Shown in pieces: positions 29,203 to 38,040 of a stretch of 64,000 nt of DNA. Under the pieces are notes generated by a model that worked only from the letters and a program-made list of their open reading frames with translations, had not been told where the DNA came from and did no database searches. The stretch is from Actinomycetota bacterium. Lineage in GTDB: Bacteria > Actinomycetota > Acidimicrobiia > Acidimicrobiales > Ilumatobacteraceae. Location: positions 19,553-83,552 of the forward strand of contig VFZD01000001.1 of the NCBI GenBank assembly GCA_016871295.1. The letters run 5' to 3'. The stretch's first letter is position 1; each line of letters opens with the position of its first letter. A program made the position numbers and the translations under genes.

Positions 29203-31821
29203 TCAGTCTTCGTCTTTTGTGCGACGCATCGGCAGCCGATTGCGCCACGTGCCATCCAGGTCGTGCAACGCAGCCGCCACCGCACCAGCCGTGGGTACTA
29301 GCCCTATTTCGCCCACACCCTTGATGCCGTACGGCGCGTTGGGTTGGGCCGACTCGACCAATTCGACTTCGATCGCGGGCACATCTTTGGCCCGAAAAAT
29401 GCCGAGACTGCGCAAAGTCTTGTTGGTCGGAAAGCCGGTCTCCGGGTCGGCGGGAAAATCTTCGGTCAGGGCGTATCCCAAACCCATGTGAACGCTGCCT
29501 TCGACTTGGCCTTCGCACAAAGTGGGATTGACGATTCTGCCGACATCGTGCACGGCGACGACCTTTTCGATCTTTTCGGTCTGGCGGTCGGCGATCACCA
29601 GCTGCGCCGCGTAACTGAACGTCGAATGAATGATCGGGTTGACGACTCCCGGCTCACCAAGTTTGTTCGTCCAGTCGACCCGGTATTCACCGACATGGTC
29701 GACTTCAGGTGTGCGTCCCGCTTTGATCGCCGCGTGGCATGCGTTTTGTACTGCGCCCGCGCCCATCAGCGTGCCGCGCGAGCCGGTGGTTTGACCGAAA
29801 CCGAGTTCGCGGGTCGTGTCGACGATGACATCGATCAACTCGGCGTCGACGCCGAGTTCTTGCACCGCGACCTGGGCGGCCACCGTGTTGATGCCTTGTC
29901 CCATTTCTGTCCATCCGTGGCGAACTTCGATGCGACCGTCGTTGCGAAATCTGACGACAGCCTTGGAGATTTCCTTGAATCCGTTGCCGAGACCGCTGTT
30001 TTTGAGACCCAACCCGAGACCGACGGCCTTGCCGGCGGCGACAGCCGCGTCGTATTGCGGTTTGATCTTGTCGAGACAGATTTCGGCGCCGAGGCACCCG
30101 TCATCCATGATCTGGCCCGGCCCCCAAATTACGCCGGGTTTGATCACGTTGCGTTTGCGAATCTCCCAACCCGAGAGACCTGTCAGTTCGGCCAAGCGAT
30201 CCATCACGCCTTCCATCGCAAATTGCGCCTGGTTGGCGCCAAAGCCACGGAAGGCACCGCCGATCGGGTTGTTCGTGCGCGCCGCAATCGCCTCGACATC
30301 GATGTTCGGCACATGGTAAGGCCCGCTGGCGTGACCAGCCATTCGTTCGAGCACCTTCATTCCGACGCTGGCATATGCGCCCGAGTCGCCGAGCGCCCTG
30401 ACGCGAAGAGCCGTCAGCCGACCGTCGGCGTCGCAGGCCGCCTCGTAGGTCATCTCGATGGGGTGGCGCTTGGCATGCATCAAGAAACTCTCTTCGCGCG
30501 AAAGGGTGCACTTCACGGGCGTGTTCAAGATCCAAGCGGCGAGTGCGGCGTGCGCCTGGTTGCTCATATCTTCTTTGCCGCCGAATGCACCGCCGTTGGT
30601 GATCAGCTCGACGGTGACTCGGTCGTTGTCGAGGCCGAGCAGGCGAGCGATGTCGTTGCGGTCATCCCACACACCTTGGCCACCCGAATAGACATGCAGA
30701 CCGCGCCTTTCGCCGGCCTCAACTGGCACAGCCAGGCTGCTTTCGGGTTCAAGAAAGGCGTGCTCGATTCTCTGGGTGTTGAATGTCTCGCGCACGCGAT
30801 GCGCGCTGGTCGAAAAAGCCGTCTCGACATCGCCGCGTTGATAGGCGCTCTTCGACAAAACATTGTCTTTCGTCTGCCAGACGGCGATTTCTCCGCTCGT
30901 GATCGCCGCTCGCGGATCGGTCAATGGCTTCAAGATGTCGTATTCAACGGCGACTGTTTCGACGGCGTTGCGCGCGTGTTGACGCGAGTCAGCCACGACG
31001 ATGGCCAATACATCGCCGGCATAAGAAGTGAAACCACCGACCGGGATCATCACCGGCCAATCTTTGTAAATGATTCCCATCATCAATTCGCCCGGCACAT
31101 CTTTTGCCGTGAGTATCGTCTTCACGCCAGGTTCGAGCAAGGCGCGAGAGGTGTCGATTTCGAGAATTTTGGCCCGCGCATGTCGGGTGAATACGAGCGC
31201 TGCATGCAACATCGACGCCGGTCGCAGATCGTCGATATAGTCGCGATCGCCGACGACCAACAACTCTGCTTCTTTCTTGACCATGCGGGTACCGAGACCC
31301 CCCGTTGTGATCGCCTCCTTGACCTCACCTTTGGCTACGGCCTCGATCGCGTCCAAAATTTTTACGTAGCCGGTGCAACGACAAAGGTGTGCGCCGAGAT
31401 GTCGGGCCATGTCCTCGCGTTTCAACCCCGCACCTTTTTTGTCGATCTGCGCCTTGGCTCTGACGACGATCCCCGGGATGCAAAAACCGCACTGCAACCC
31501 ACCGCAAGCGGCGAACGCATTGGCGAAACGTTCTCGTTCGGCTTGACTGACACCCTCGAGCGTCGTGATCTCGCTGCCGGCGATCTTCGCGAGGGGTTGC
31601 TGACAACTGACCACCGCTTTGCCGTCGATCAAAACCGTGCAACATCCACATTGGCCGCTCGGTGAACAGCCATCTTTGGCCGAGGTGATGTTTAGTTCCT
31701 CGCGCAACGCCGCGAGCAAATGCGGGTGCTCGGCGCTGACCGAAACATCGTCGCCGTTGAGCTTGAAATTGACGCGCCCGCCGAGACCCGTTGCGGCGCC
31801 CGAGATCATCTCAGTGGACAT
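29203..31821 (-). CDS. Fused [2Fe-2S]/molybdopterin-binding hydroxylase (XdhD / aldehyde-oxidoreductase architecture)
   Basis: 872 aa. The N-terminus has two FeS motifs (CSPSGQCGCCTV; CGFCIPG...CRCTGY). The Mo domain has NGGAFGGKEDM, GAFRGFG and catalytic-Glu context GIKGVGEIG. No separate FAD domain. Confidence 0.88.
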   Translation of the reverse strand: MSTEMISGAATGLGGRVNFKLNGDDVSVSAEHPHLLAALREELNITSAKDGCSPSGQCGCCTVLIDGKAVVSCQQPLAKIAGSEITTLEGVSQAERERFANAFAACGGLQCGFCIPGIVVRAKAQIDKKGAGLKREDMARHLGAHLCRCTGYVKILDAIEAVAKGEVKEAITTGGLGTRMVKKEAELLVVGDRDYIDDLRPASMLHAALVFTRHARAKILEIDTSRALLEPGVKTILTAKDVPGELMMGIIYKDWPVMIPVGGFTSYAGDVLAIVVADSRQHARNAVETVAVEYDILKPLTDPRAAITSGEIAVWQTKDNVLSKSAYQRGDVETAFSTSAHRVRETFNTQRIEHAFLEPESSLAVPVEAGERRGLHVYSGGQGVWDDRNDIARLLGLDNDRVTVELITNGGAFGGKEDMSNQAHAALAAWILNTPVKCTLSREESFLMHAKRHPIEMTYEAACDADGRLTALRVRALGDSGAYASVGMKVLERMAGHASGPYHVPNIDVEAIAARTNNPIGGAFRGFGANQAQFAMEGVMDRLAELTGLSGWEIRKRNVIKPGVIWGPGQIMDDGCLGAEICLDKIKPQYDAAVAAGKAVGLGLGLKNSGLGNGFKEISKAVVRFRNDGRIEVRHGWTEMGQGINTVAAQVAVQELGVDAELIDVIVDTTRELGFGQTTGSRGTLMGAGAVQNACHAAIKAGRTPEVDHVGEYRVDWTNKLGEPGVVNPIIHSTFSYAAQLVIADRQTEKIEKVVAVHDVGRIVNPTLCEGQVEGSVHMGLGYALTEDFPADPETGFPTNKTLRSLGIFRAKDVPAIEVELVESAQPNAPYGIKGVGEIGLVPTAGAVAAALHDLDGTWRNRLPMRRTKDED

Positions 31822-31851
31822 GTATTTACCATACCCGTATTGGACTTCAGG

Positions 31852-31866
31852 TTTACAGATTGTAAA
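31852..31866. promoter_or_regulatory. Perfect palindrome TTTACA-GAT-TGTAAA in the AT-rich gap upstream of the XdhD-like gene (candidate operator or -35 region)
   Basis: Read directly. It lies 31-45 nt upstream of the ATG at 31821, in the only sizeable non-coding gap (69 nt) of the minus-strand cluster. Confidence 0.35.
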
Positions 31867-31890
31867 AATTGACCGTTTCGAGCTGCCGAC

Positions 31891-32814
31891 CTAGCCGAGA
31901 ATCGCGCCCCTTTGGCCCGTTATCCGACCGTAGACCTCGGGTCGACGGTAGCGGTCAAAGTCGAACAGGGTGCTCTTGTAGTTGGCGCACCAATCCAGGT
32001 CGCAAACCGCCGTGATCACTTCGTCGGAGTTGGTTTGAGTTTTGGCCAGAATCTCGCCCGACGGAGCGATGATGCTTGAATCGGCGAGGCTGTCGACGCC
32101 TTCTTCGACGCCGCCCTTGGCCACACCGACGACGAATGTTCCGTTTTGATACGCACCGCTTTGCATCACCAAGGCGTTGTGAAAACCCTGCAAAACATCT
32201 TGTGACGGATCGGGGACGTAATGCAGCGGCGTGTTGTAGCCGCAGAGGATCATCTCGACGCCCTGAAGACCCATCACGCGATAACTCTCGGGCCACCTGC
32301 GATCGTTGCAGATCATCATGCCGATGCGACCACCGAAGGCCTTCCATACGCCGAAACCCTCGTCGCTGGGCGCGAAGTAGTAGCGCTCGGCATGTTGGAA
32401 CGGCCGGTCCGGTTCATTCTCCTCGTGTCCCGGAATATGCACCTTGCGATATTTGGCGACCACGACACCTTTCTGGTCGACCAAGATCTGCGTGTTGAAA
32501 CGCTGCTTTGACGGCGTCAATTCGGCGTAGCCGAGACAAAACCCGACGCCGAGTTTCTTGGCTTCGTCAAAGAGTGGCGCCGTGATCGGCGATGGCATTT
32601 CGGTTTCATACCAATGGTCGGCATCGGAAATGTTCTCAACGAACCACCGTGGAAAAAATGTCGTCAATGCCAATTCGGGAAACACGACAAGTTCGGCCTT
32701 CTTCGCCGCGGCCTGGCGAAGCAGGGCGAGCAACCGGTTGACCGCGCTTTTGCGGTCGTCGGTTTTTTGAATCGGGCCGAGTTGGGCGGCGGCGACGTGA
32801 AGATTGCGCGCCAC
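31891..32814 (-). CDS. N-carbamoyl-D-amino-acid hydrolase-type carbon-nitrogen hydrolase (nitrilase superfamily)
   Basis: 307 aa. Close motif agreement with D-carbamoylases: VFPELALTTFFPRW, YETEMP, GYAEL, KYRKVHIPGH, RPFQHAERYYF, MMICNDRRWPESYRVMGLQGVE (catalytic Cys) and GYNTP. Confidence 0.88.
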   Translation of the reverse strand: MARNLHVAAAQLGPIQKTDDRKSAVNRLLALLRQAAAKKAELVVFPELALTTFFPRWFVENISDADHWYETEMPSPITAPLFDEAKKLGVGFCLGYAELTPSKQRFNTQILVDQKGVVVAKYRKVHIPGHEENEPDRPFQHAERYYFAPSDEGFGVWKAFGGRIGMMICNDRRWPESYRVMGLQGVEMILCGYNTPLHYVPDPSQDVLQGFHNALVMQSGAYQNGTFVVGVAKGGVEEGVDSLADSSIIAPSGEILAKTQTNSDEVITAVCDLDWCANYKSTLFDFDRYRRPEVYGRITGQRGAILG

Positions 32815-32817
32815 GAC

Positions 32818-34083
32818 TCAGGCCTGAGTTTCCAGCGTGGTCAAAGAAAGCATCGCATGCAAAAGAATATTCGCGCCCGCCTCGAGATCTGCGTCGGTGG
32901 TGAATTCGGCGGGGTTGTGGCTGATTCCCTTGACGCTCGGCACGAAGATCATCCCGCTCGGGCAGACCCTGGCCAACATTTGGGCGTCGTGACCCGCGCC
33001 CGACGGCATGCGCCGCACCGTGTGGCCGTGCTGCTTGGCGATTTGTTCGACGCACGCCACGACGCGATCGTCGAAAACTACGGGTTCGAATCTGGCGAGC
33101 ACCCGTGTCGAAATCTTTACGCCCTCGCTGTCGGCGATTTTCGTCAAGAAATCGGCGATTCTCTTTTCGGCGAGTTGAAGCAAGTTCTCATCGGTGTTTC
33201 TCATGTCGAGAGTCAATGTCGCCCGAGCGGGAACGACATTCGTCAGGTTTGGGTGCAGATCAACTTTGCCGACCGTGCAAACCTGGTCGCCACCGAGTTC
33301 CAGCGCCAGATTCCGAACGAAGACCGTGATCTCGGCGGCGACATAGGCGGGATCGTGGCGCAACGACATCGGCGTTGTGCCCGCGTGATTCGACTGGCCG
33401 AGAATCGTCACCTCTCGCCATGAGATGCCCTGCACACTGGTCACCGCGCCGATGCGCGTGTTGTTTGCCTCGAGCATCGGGCCTTGCTCGATGTGCAGTT
33501 CGACGAACGCGTGCGGAGAAATTCCCGGGCACGGCGCGGGACCCGCGTAGCCGATGCGCACGAGTTCGTCGCCGAACTTCGCCCCGTCGATCGCGAGGAT
33601 GTCCAGCGCCGTCTCGACGGCCATTCCGCCGACATAAACGAGCGAGCCCAACATGTCTGGTGCGAAACGCGCCCCTTCCTCGTCGGTGAAAACTCCGACG
33701 GCCAATGGTCGCGGCGGTTTGATCTTGGCGTCTTGGCAAGTTTGAATGACCTCGAGCGCGGCCAGCACACCGTAACAACCGTCGAATCGACCGCCCGTGC
33801 GCACCGTGTCGATGTGCGAACCCGACATCACAGGTGAAAGTTCCGCCGTGTTCCAGGTGCCGATGATGTTGCCGACCGTGTCGATCGAAATCTCGAGGTC
33901 GAGTTCGCGCATCCACGAGACGACGAGGTCGCGCCCGTGTTTGTCCTCGTCGGTCAGGGCGAGGCGGCAGTTGCCGCCACCTTCGATCGGTGAAATCTCT
34001 GCCAGCGCGTCGATTCGACTCTTGAGGCGTGGATAGTTGATTTTCATGCCCAATTGGGTGTCGCGAAAATCTCCAAGAGGCAC
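32818..34083 (-). CDS. M20-family Zn-dependent carbamoyl-amidohydrolase (allantoate amidohydrolase / N-carbamoyl-L-amino-acid hydrolase / beta-ureidopropionase type)
   Basis: 421 aa from GTG 34083; ATG 34047 (MKINYPRL...) is an alternative start. Motifs: GSHIDTVRTGGRFDGCYGVLAALE, DEEGARF, FVELHIEQGP, GQSNHAGTTPM and SGAGHDAQ. Confidence 0.85.
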   Translation of the reverse strand: MPLGDFRDTQLGMKINYPRLKSRIDALAEISPIEGGGNCRLALTDEDKHGRDLVVSWMRELDLEISIDTVGNIIGTWNTAELSPVMSGSHIDTVRTGGRFDGCYGVLAALEVIQTCQDAKIKPPRPLAVGVFTDEEGARFAPDMLGSLVYVGGMAVETALDILAIDGAKFGDELVRIGYAGPAPCPGISPHAFVELHIEQGPMLEANNTRIGAVTSVQGISWREVTILGQSNHAGTTPMSLRHDPAYVAAEITVFVRNLALELGGDQVCTVGKVDLHPNLTNVVPARATLTLDMRNTDENLLQLAEKRIADFLTKIADSEGVKISTRVLARFEPVVFDDRVVACVEQIAKQHGHTVRRMPSGAGHDAQMLARVCPSGMIFVPSVKGISHNPAEFTTDADLEAGANILLHAMLSLTTLETQA

Positions 34084-34114
34084 TTTAAGATGTTAGACCC
34101 GAATTTGCCAGAAT

Positions 34115-35467
34115 ATGGATGTGATTGACAGACAAAGTCTCGCCCGAGCGATGGCTGCAGAAGAACAAAAGTTTGTCGATCTCCACCCGAAGTCGCAACG
34201 CGCATACGGGGCGGCCAAGGAATCGCTGATCGGTGGCGTGCCGATGCCTTGGATGAAAAGGTGGGCGGGGCCTTTTCCGATCTCGATCCACCAGGCGAGC
34301 GGTGCGCGGTTCACCGATATCGACGGCAACGAGTTCGTCGATTTCTGTTTGGGTGACACGGGCTCGATGACGGGGCATGCCGTCAAAGAAATCAACGCGG
34401 CGATCGTGCAGCAACTCGAACGCGGTTCGACGACGATGTTGCCGAGTACGGACGCGACATGGGTTGGCAACGAACTTGCGCGGCGGTTTGGTCTGCCGAA
34501 ATGGCATTTCTCGATCAGCGCAACGGATGCGAACCGTTTCGTGCTGCGAATCGCCCGGCATATCACCAAACGCCCGAAGGTGTTGGTGCATGACTGGTGC
34601 TATCACGGCACCGTAGACGAGGCTCTCGTCATCGCCGACTCGGAGATGAAGACCGTTTCCAGGGATGGCGCGATCGGACCGCAGGTTCATCCTTCATTGA
34701 CGACGCGGGTGGTGCCGTTCAACGACCTGCCGAACCTCGAAAGGCAACTGAGTTTTGGTGACGTGGCCTGCATGTTGATCGAACCGGCGCTGACAAACAT
34801 CGGCATCGTCCTGCCCGAGCCGGGTTATCTGGAGGGCGTTCGAAAGTTGACGCGCAAGCACGGCGTGATATTGATCGTCGATGAAACTCACACGATTTGC
34901 GCCGGGCCGGGCGGGGCGACGAAGTTGTGGAATCTCGACCCCGACATTTTGGTGATCGGAAAGACGATCGGCGGAGGGATACCTGTCGCCGCCTACGGTG
35001 TCACCCACGAGATCGCCCGGCAGATTGCGATTTCGTTGGACGGCCACGACGCCGACGTTTCCGGACTCGGCGGAACACTGGCCGGAAGCGTTCTGGCGAT
35101 GGCGGCCGTGCGGGCGACTTTGACCAATGCGTTGTTGCCGAGCCAGTTCGACAAGACGATCGCCTTGGCCGAGCGATGGACTCAGGGCGTCGAGCGGGCG
35201 GTGCAAGCCCGAAAGATGAACTGGAGCGTGCAACGGTTGGGGTGTCGAGCCGAATATTGGTTCACATCTTCACCAAAAAACGGTGCCGAGGCGGCGGCGG
35301 GCGTCGACCCTGATCTCGAAACCTTCATGCATCTGTTCGCTTTGAACCGTGGAATACTGCTTACGCCGTTTCACAACATGGCTCTGATTTCGCCGTTTCA
35401 CGACGAGCGGGATATCGACCTGCACACCGAAGTTTTCACTCAATCCCTCGACGCATTGCACGATTAA
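34115..35467 (+). CDS. Class III (PLP-dependent) aminotransferase, glutamate-1-semialdehyde aminomutase-like
   Basis: 450 aa. ILIVDETHT and the VIGKTIGGGIPVAAYG segment (Schiff-base Lys context). Divergent from the M20 hydrolase gene. Confidence 0.82.
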   Translation: MDVIDRQSLARAMAAEEQKFVDLHPKSQRAYGAAKESLIGGVPMPWMKRWAGPFPISIHQASGARFTDIDGNEFVDFCLGDTGSMTGHAVKEINAAIVQQLERGSTTMLPSTDATWVGNELARRFGLPKWHFSISATDANRFVLRIARHITKRPKVLVHDWCYHGTVDEALVIADSEMKTVSRDGAIGPQVHPSLTTRVVPFNDLPNLERQLSFGDVACMLIEPALTNIGIVLPEPGYLEGVRKLTRKHGVILIVDETHTICAGPGGATKLWNLDPDILVIGKTIGGGIPVAAYGVTHEIARQIAISLDGHDADVSGLGGTLAGSVLAMAAVRATLTNALLPSQFDKTIALAERWTQGVERAVQARKMNWSVQRLGCRAEYWFTSSPKNGAEAAAGVDPDLETFMHLFALNRGILLTPFHNMALISPFHDERDIDLHTEVFTQSLDALHD

Positions 35468-35479
35468 GTTGGTCGTTTT

Positions 35480-36211
35480 GTGAGCGTTTGGCAGTTCGTG
35501 GCGATCGCCTTGATCGTATTCGGGGCCGCGCTAATGCAGGCCCTCTTCGGTTTCGGCTTCGGGTTGATTTCGGTTCCGTTGATGATTCTGTTCATCGATC
35601 TTCCGACCGCCGTCGTCACCGCGACGGCGGTGTCCACGGTAAGTTGCGGGATTCAGTGGTTCGAATCTCGGGCAATCGAGGTCCGTCAAGTTTCGGTGCG
35701 CCTCGTCGTCTCGGCGCTCTTCGGCATGCCATTCGGCCTGTGGCTGCTGGTGAACCTAGATGCCCGGCCGATGAAGGCGGTTCTGGGTGTCGTCGTGCTG
35801 ATCGGCGTCGTTCTAAGCGTCAAGGGTTTCGACCTGCGCAGAATGCCGGTTCTGTTCGACTATTCAATGGGTGTTTTCGCGGGTGTCTTGTCGACCGCGA
35901 CATCGACCAACGGCCCACCTGTGGTGTTCTTGTTGCATTCGCGACAATATTCGCCGCAGGATTTTCGCGCCGTATTGAACAGAGTGTTCACCATATTGAA
36001 CTTCTTGACGCTGCTGACATTTTTTTTCGCGGGAAAATTGACGCCTGATGTAATTCGATTGTCGGCCTTGGCAATTCCGGTGATGCTGGTGGGCGTCTAT
36101 TTGGGCACAAAAGCCCGCAGCCAGATCAACCCCGACCAATTCAGAAGCCTGGTCGTCGCGTTGTTGTTCGCGACGGGCCTGAGCGCAATATTGAATTCGA
36201 TTCTCGGCTAG
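35480..36211 (+). CDS. TauE/SafE-family (sulfite/anion exporter) membrane protein
   Basis: 243 aa. GTG start, about 7-8 TM helices, and the family-typical start GAALMQALFGFGFGLISVPLM. Confidence 0.78.
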   Translation: MSVWQFVAIALIVFGAALMQALFGFGFGLISVPLMILFIDLPTAVVTATAVSTVSCGIQWFESRAIEVRQVSVRLVVSALFGMPFGLWLLVNLDARPMKAVLGVVVLIGVVLSVKGFDLRRMPVLFDYSMGVFAGVLSTATSTNGPPVVFLLHSRQYSPQDFRAVLNRVFTILNFLTLLTFFFAGKLTPDVIRLSALAIPVMLVGVYLGTKARSQINPDQFRSLVVALLFATGLSAILNSILG

Positions 36212-36930
36212 CGCGAAAACCACTCGAGCCATTGGCGGCGATCTGCCGCGGCGAAAACGGGGTTCGTTTCGAGGACCGTCCCGAGTTTTGCGGTGGGCGT
36301 CGCCGAGTATTGATGACCAGGGCAGACGATCGTTTGGTGCGGCATCGCGGCCAAAGTTTGCAGACTCTCGTACATCAAGCCGGGGTCGGAGCCGGGCAGG
36401 TCGGTGCGACCGCATCCCTCGAGAAACAGCGTGTCGCCCGCAACCAACCTGTTTTCGACGTGGAAACATTGGCTTCCTGGCGTGTGACCCGGTGTGTGCA
36501 CGAAGGTGACGTCGATTTGGCCGATCGAGATTTTGTCGCCGCCTTCGTGCTGAATCAAATCATTCTCGGCGACTCCGGTCGTGCGCACGACCCACTTGGT
36601 TTCGTTCTTGTTGATATGAATCGGTATCTGCCGCTTGCCGAGCAACGCGGCGATGCCCTCGATGTTCATCCCCATCATCGATCCGCCGACATGGTCGGGG
36701 TGATAGTGGGTGGCGAGCACACCGGTTAGTCGCATTTCATCACGGTCGACGATTTGCGTGATTTCGTCCACGGCATAGGCCGGGTCGACCACGACGCACT
36801 CTCGGGTCTGACGGTCGCCGATCAGATAGACGAAGTTGACCATTTGCTGGGCCAGTTGGTCATCGCCCGCGAAGTCGCGCCCCGAAAGCAACTGCCGGAA
36901 ATACAGCCGCTCGTCTCCACTCAAACTCAC
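36208..36930 (-). CDS. MBL-fold hydrolase, ETHE1-type persulfide dioxygenase-like
   Basis: 240 aa. THYHPDHVGG, HTPGHTPGS, and GDTLFLEGCGRTDLPG, which matches the ETHE1 GCGRTDF signature rather than the glyoxalase II GCGKF one. Stop codon overlaps the convergent TauE stop (CTAG, 36208-36211). Confidence 0.75.
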   Translation of the reverse strand: MSLSGDERLYFRQLLSGRDFAGDDQLAQQMVNFVYLIGDRQTRECVVVDPAYAVDEITQIVDRDEMRLTGVLATHYHPDHVGGSMMGMNIEGIAALLGKRQIPIHINKNETKWVVRTTGVAENDLIQHEGGDKISIGQIDVTFVHTPGHTPGSQCFHVENRLVAGDTLFLEGCGRTDLPGSDPGLMYESLQTLAAMPHQTIVCPGHQYSATPTAKLGTVLETNPVFAAADRRQWLEWFSR

Positions 36931-36960
36931 GCCCAGATTTTAGCGATCTAGTCTTGCCAC

Positions 36961-38040
36961 GTGTCCGTCGGTGTCTTGCGTTACGGGGTTGTTGGCGTGG
37001 GGATGATGGGGTGCGAGCACATTCGCAATCTCGTGGCGATCGAGGGGTGCGAGGTCGCGGCAATCGCCGATCCGCATCAACCCAGTCGGCAAAATGCCTT
37101 GCAGCTAGCACCGTCGGTCAGCGAATACCTCGACCATCGCGAGATGCTGCGCAAAGAGCATCTGGATGTGGTGGTGATTGCGACCCCGAATTTTCATCAT
37201 CGCCAGGCGATAGCCGACGCGCTCGAACACGATGTGCATGTGTTTGTCGAAAAGCCCCTGTGCATCACGGCCGACGAATGCAGGGAAGTGATCGAAGTCG
37301 AGCGCCGCGCGAGCCAACAAGACCGCGTCGTTTGGGTCGGCCTCGAATATCGATTCATGGCGCCGACCGCACGGTTGATAGCCGAGGTGAAAAAGGGCAG
37401 TTGCGGGAAAGTGCAAATGATCTCAATTCGCGAGCATCGCTTCCCGTTTTTGAACAAGGTCGACAATTGGAACAGGTTCAACCGATTCACGGGCGGAACT
37501 CTTGTCGAGAAGTGCTGCCACTTCTTCGACCTGATGATTTTGCTGGCACAAGCCCGGCCGAAGACGGTTTATGCCTCGGGTGCGCAGAGCGTGAATCATT
37601 TGGACGAGCGCTACGGCGGGGCGAAACCCGACATTTTGGACAATGCGTACGTGACGGTCGAGTTTGATACGGGGGTGCGCGCGATGCTGGACCTTTCGAT
37701 GTTTGCCGAGGGCGGGAAAAACGAGCAAGAGATTTGTGTGGTCGGCGATCAGGGCAAGATCGAGGCGCTGATGCCCGAATCGTTGGTTCGTATCGGCAGA
37801 CGCGACAAGGGTCGAAAGGGCGTCGAAGAAGTGAAAGTCGAACAATCGTCGTCGACGGTCGTAGGCATGCATTTTGGCGCGTCGTACATCGAGCATCTCG
37901 AGATGCAAAAAGCAATTCGTGAGAAATCGCCAAGCCTAGTCACGCTGCAAGATGGCTTGATGAGCGTGGCGATCGGTCAAGCAGCCCATCTCAGCATCGC
38001 CGAAAGTCGGACGGTCGATTTCGGCGAGATCGAAGGCTAA
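36961..38040 (+). CDS. Gfo/Idh/MocA-family NAD(P)-dependent oxidoreductase
   Basis: 359 aa with a GTG start. Rossmann start LRYGVVGVGMMGCEHIRN, and HVFVEKPL. Confidence 0.85.
   Translation: MSVGVLRYGVVGVGMMGCEHIRNLVAIEGCEVAAIADPHQPSRQNALQLAPSVSEYLDHREMLRKEHLDVVVIATPNFHHRQAIADALEHDVHVFVEKPLCITADECREVIEVERRASQQDRVVWVGLEYRFMAPTARLIAEVKKGSCGKVQMISIREHRFPFLNKVDNWNRFNRFTGGTLVEKCCHFFDLMILLAQARPKTVYASGAQSVNHLDERYGGAKPDILDNAYVTVEFDTGVRAMLDLSMFAEGGKNEQEICVVGDQGKIEALMPESLVRIGRRDKGRKGVEEVKVEQSSSTVVGMHFGASYIEHLEMQKAIREKSPSLVTLQDGLMSVAIGQAAHLSIAESRTVDFGEIEG

Noticed and set aside
29344-31665. Very long antisense ORFs. Examples: 773 aa opposite the XdhD-like gene, 565 aa at 4259-5956 opposite uvrB/uvrA, 467 aa at 21006-22409, 351 aa at 3747-4802, 338 aa at 27294-28310, and many more in the track.
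   Set aside because: They sit in the codon-aligned antisense frame of strongly supported genes. In that frame, stops can arise only from sense TTA, CTA and TCA codons, which are rare in this GC-biased coding. Their translations are Arg/Gly/Asp-rich low-complexity sequence with no motifs. These are shadow ORFs.
29203-31821. Calling the XdhD-like/SsnA-like pair a selenium-dependent molybdenum hydroxylase system.
   Set aside because: The association is known from comparative genomics. However, the marker genes (selD, yqeB, yqeC) are not in this window, and nothing in the sequence itself indicates selenium dependence.
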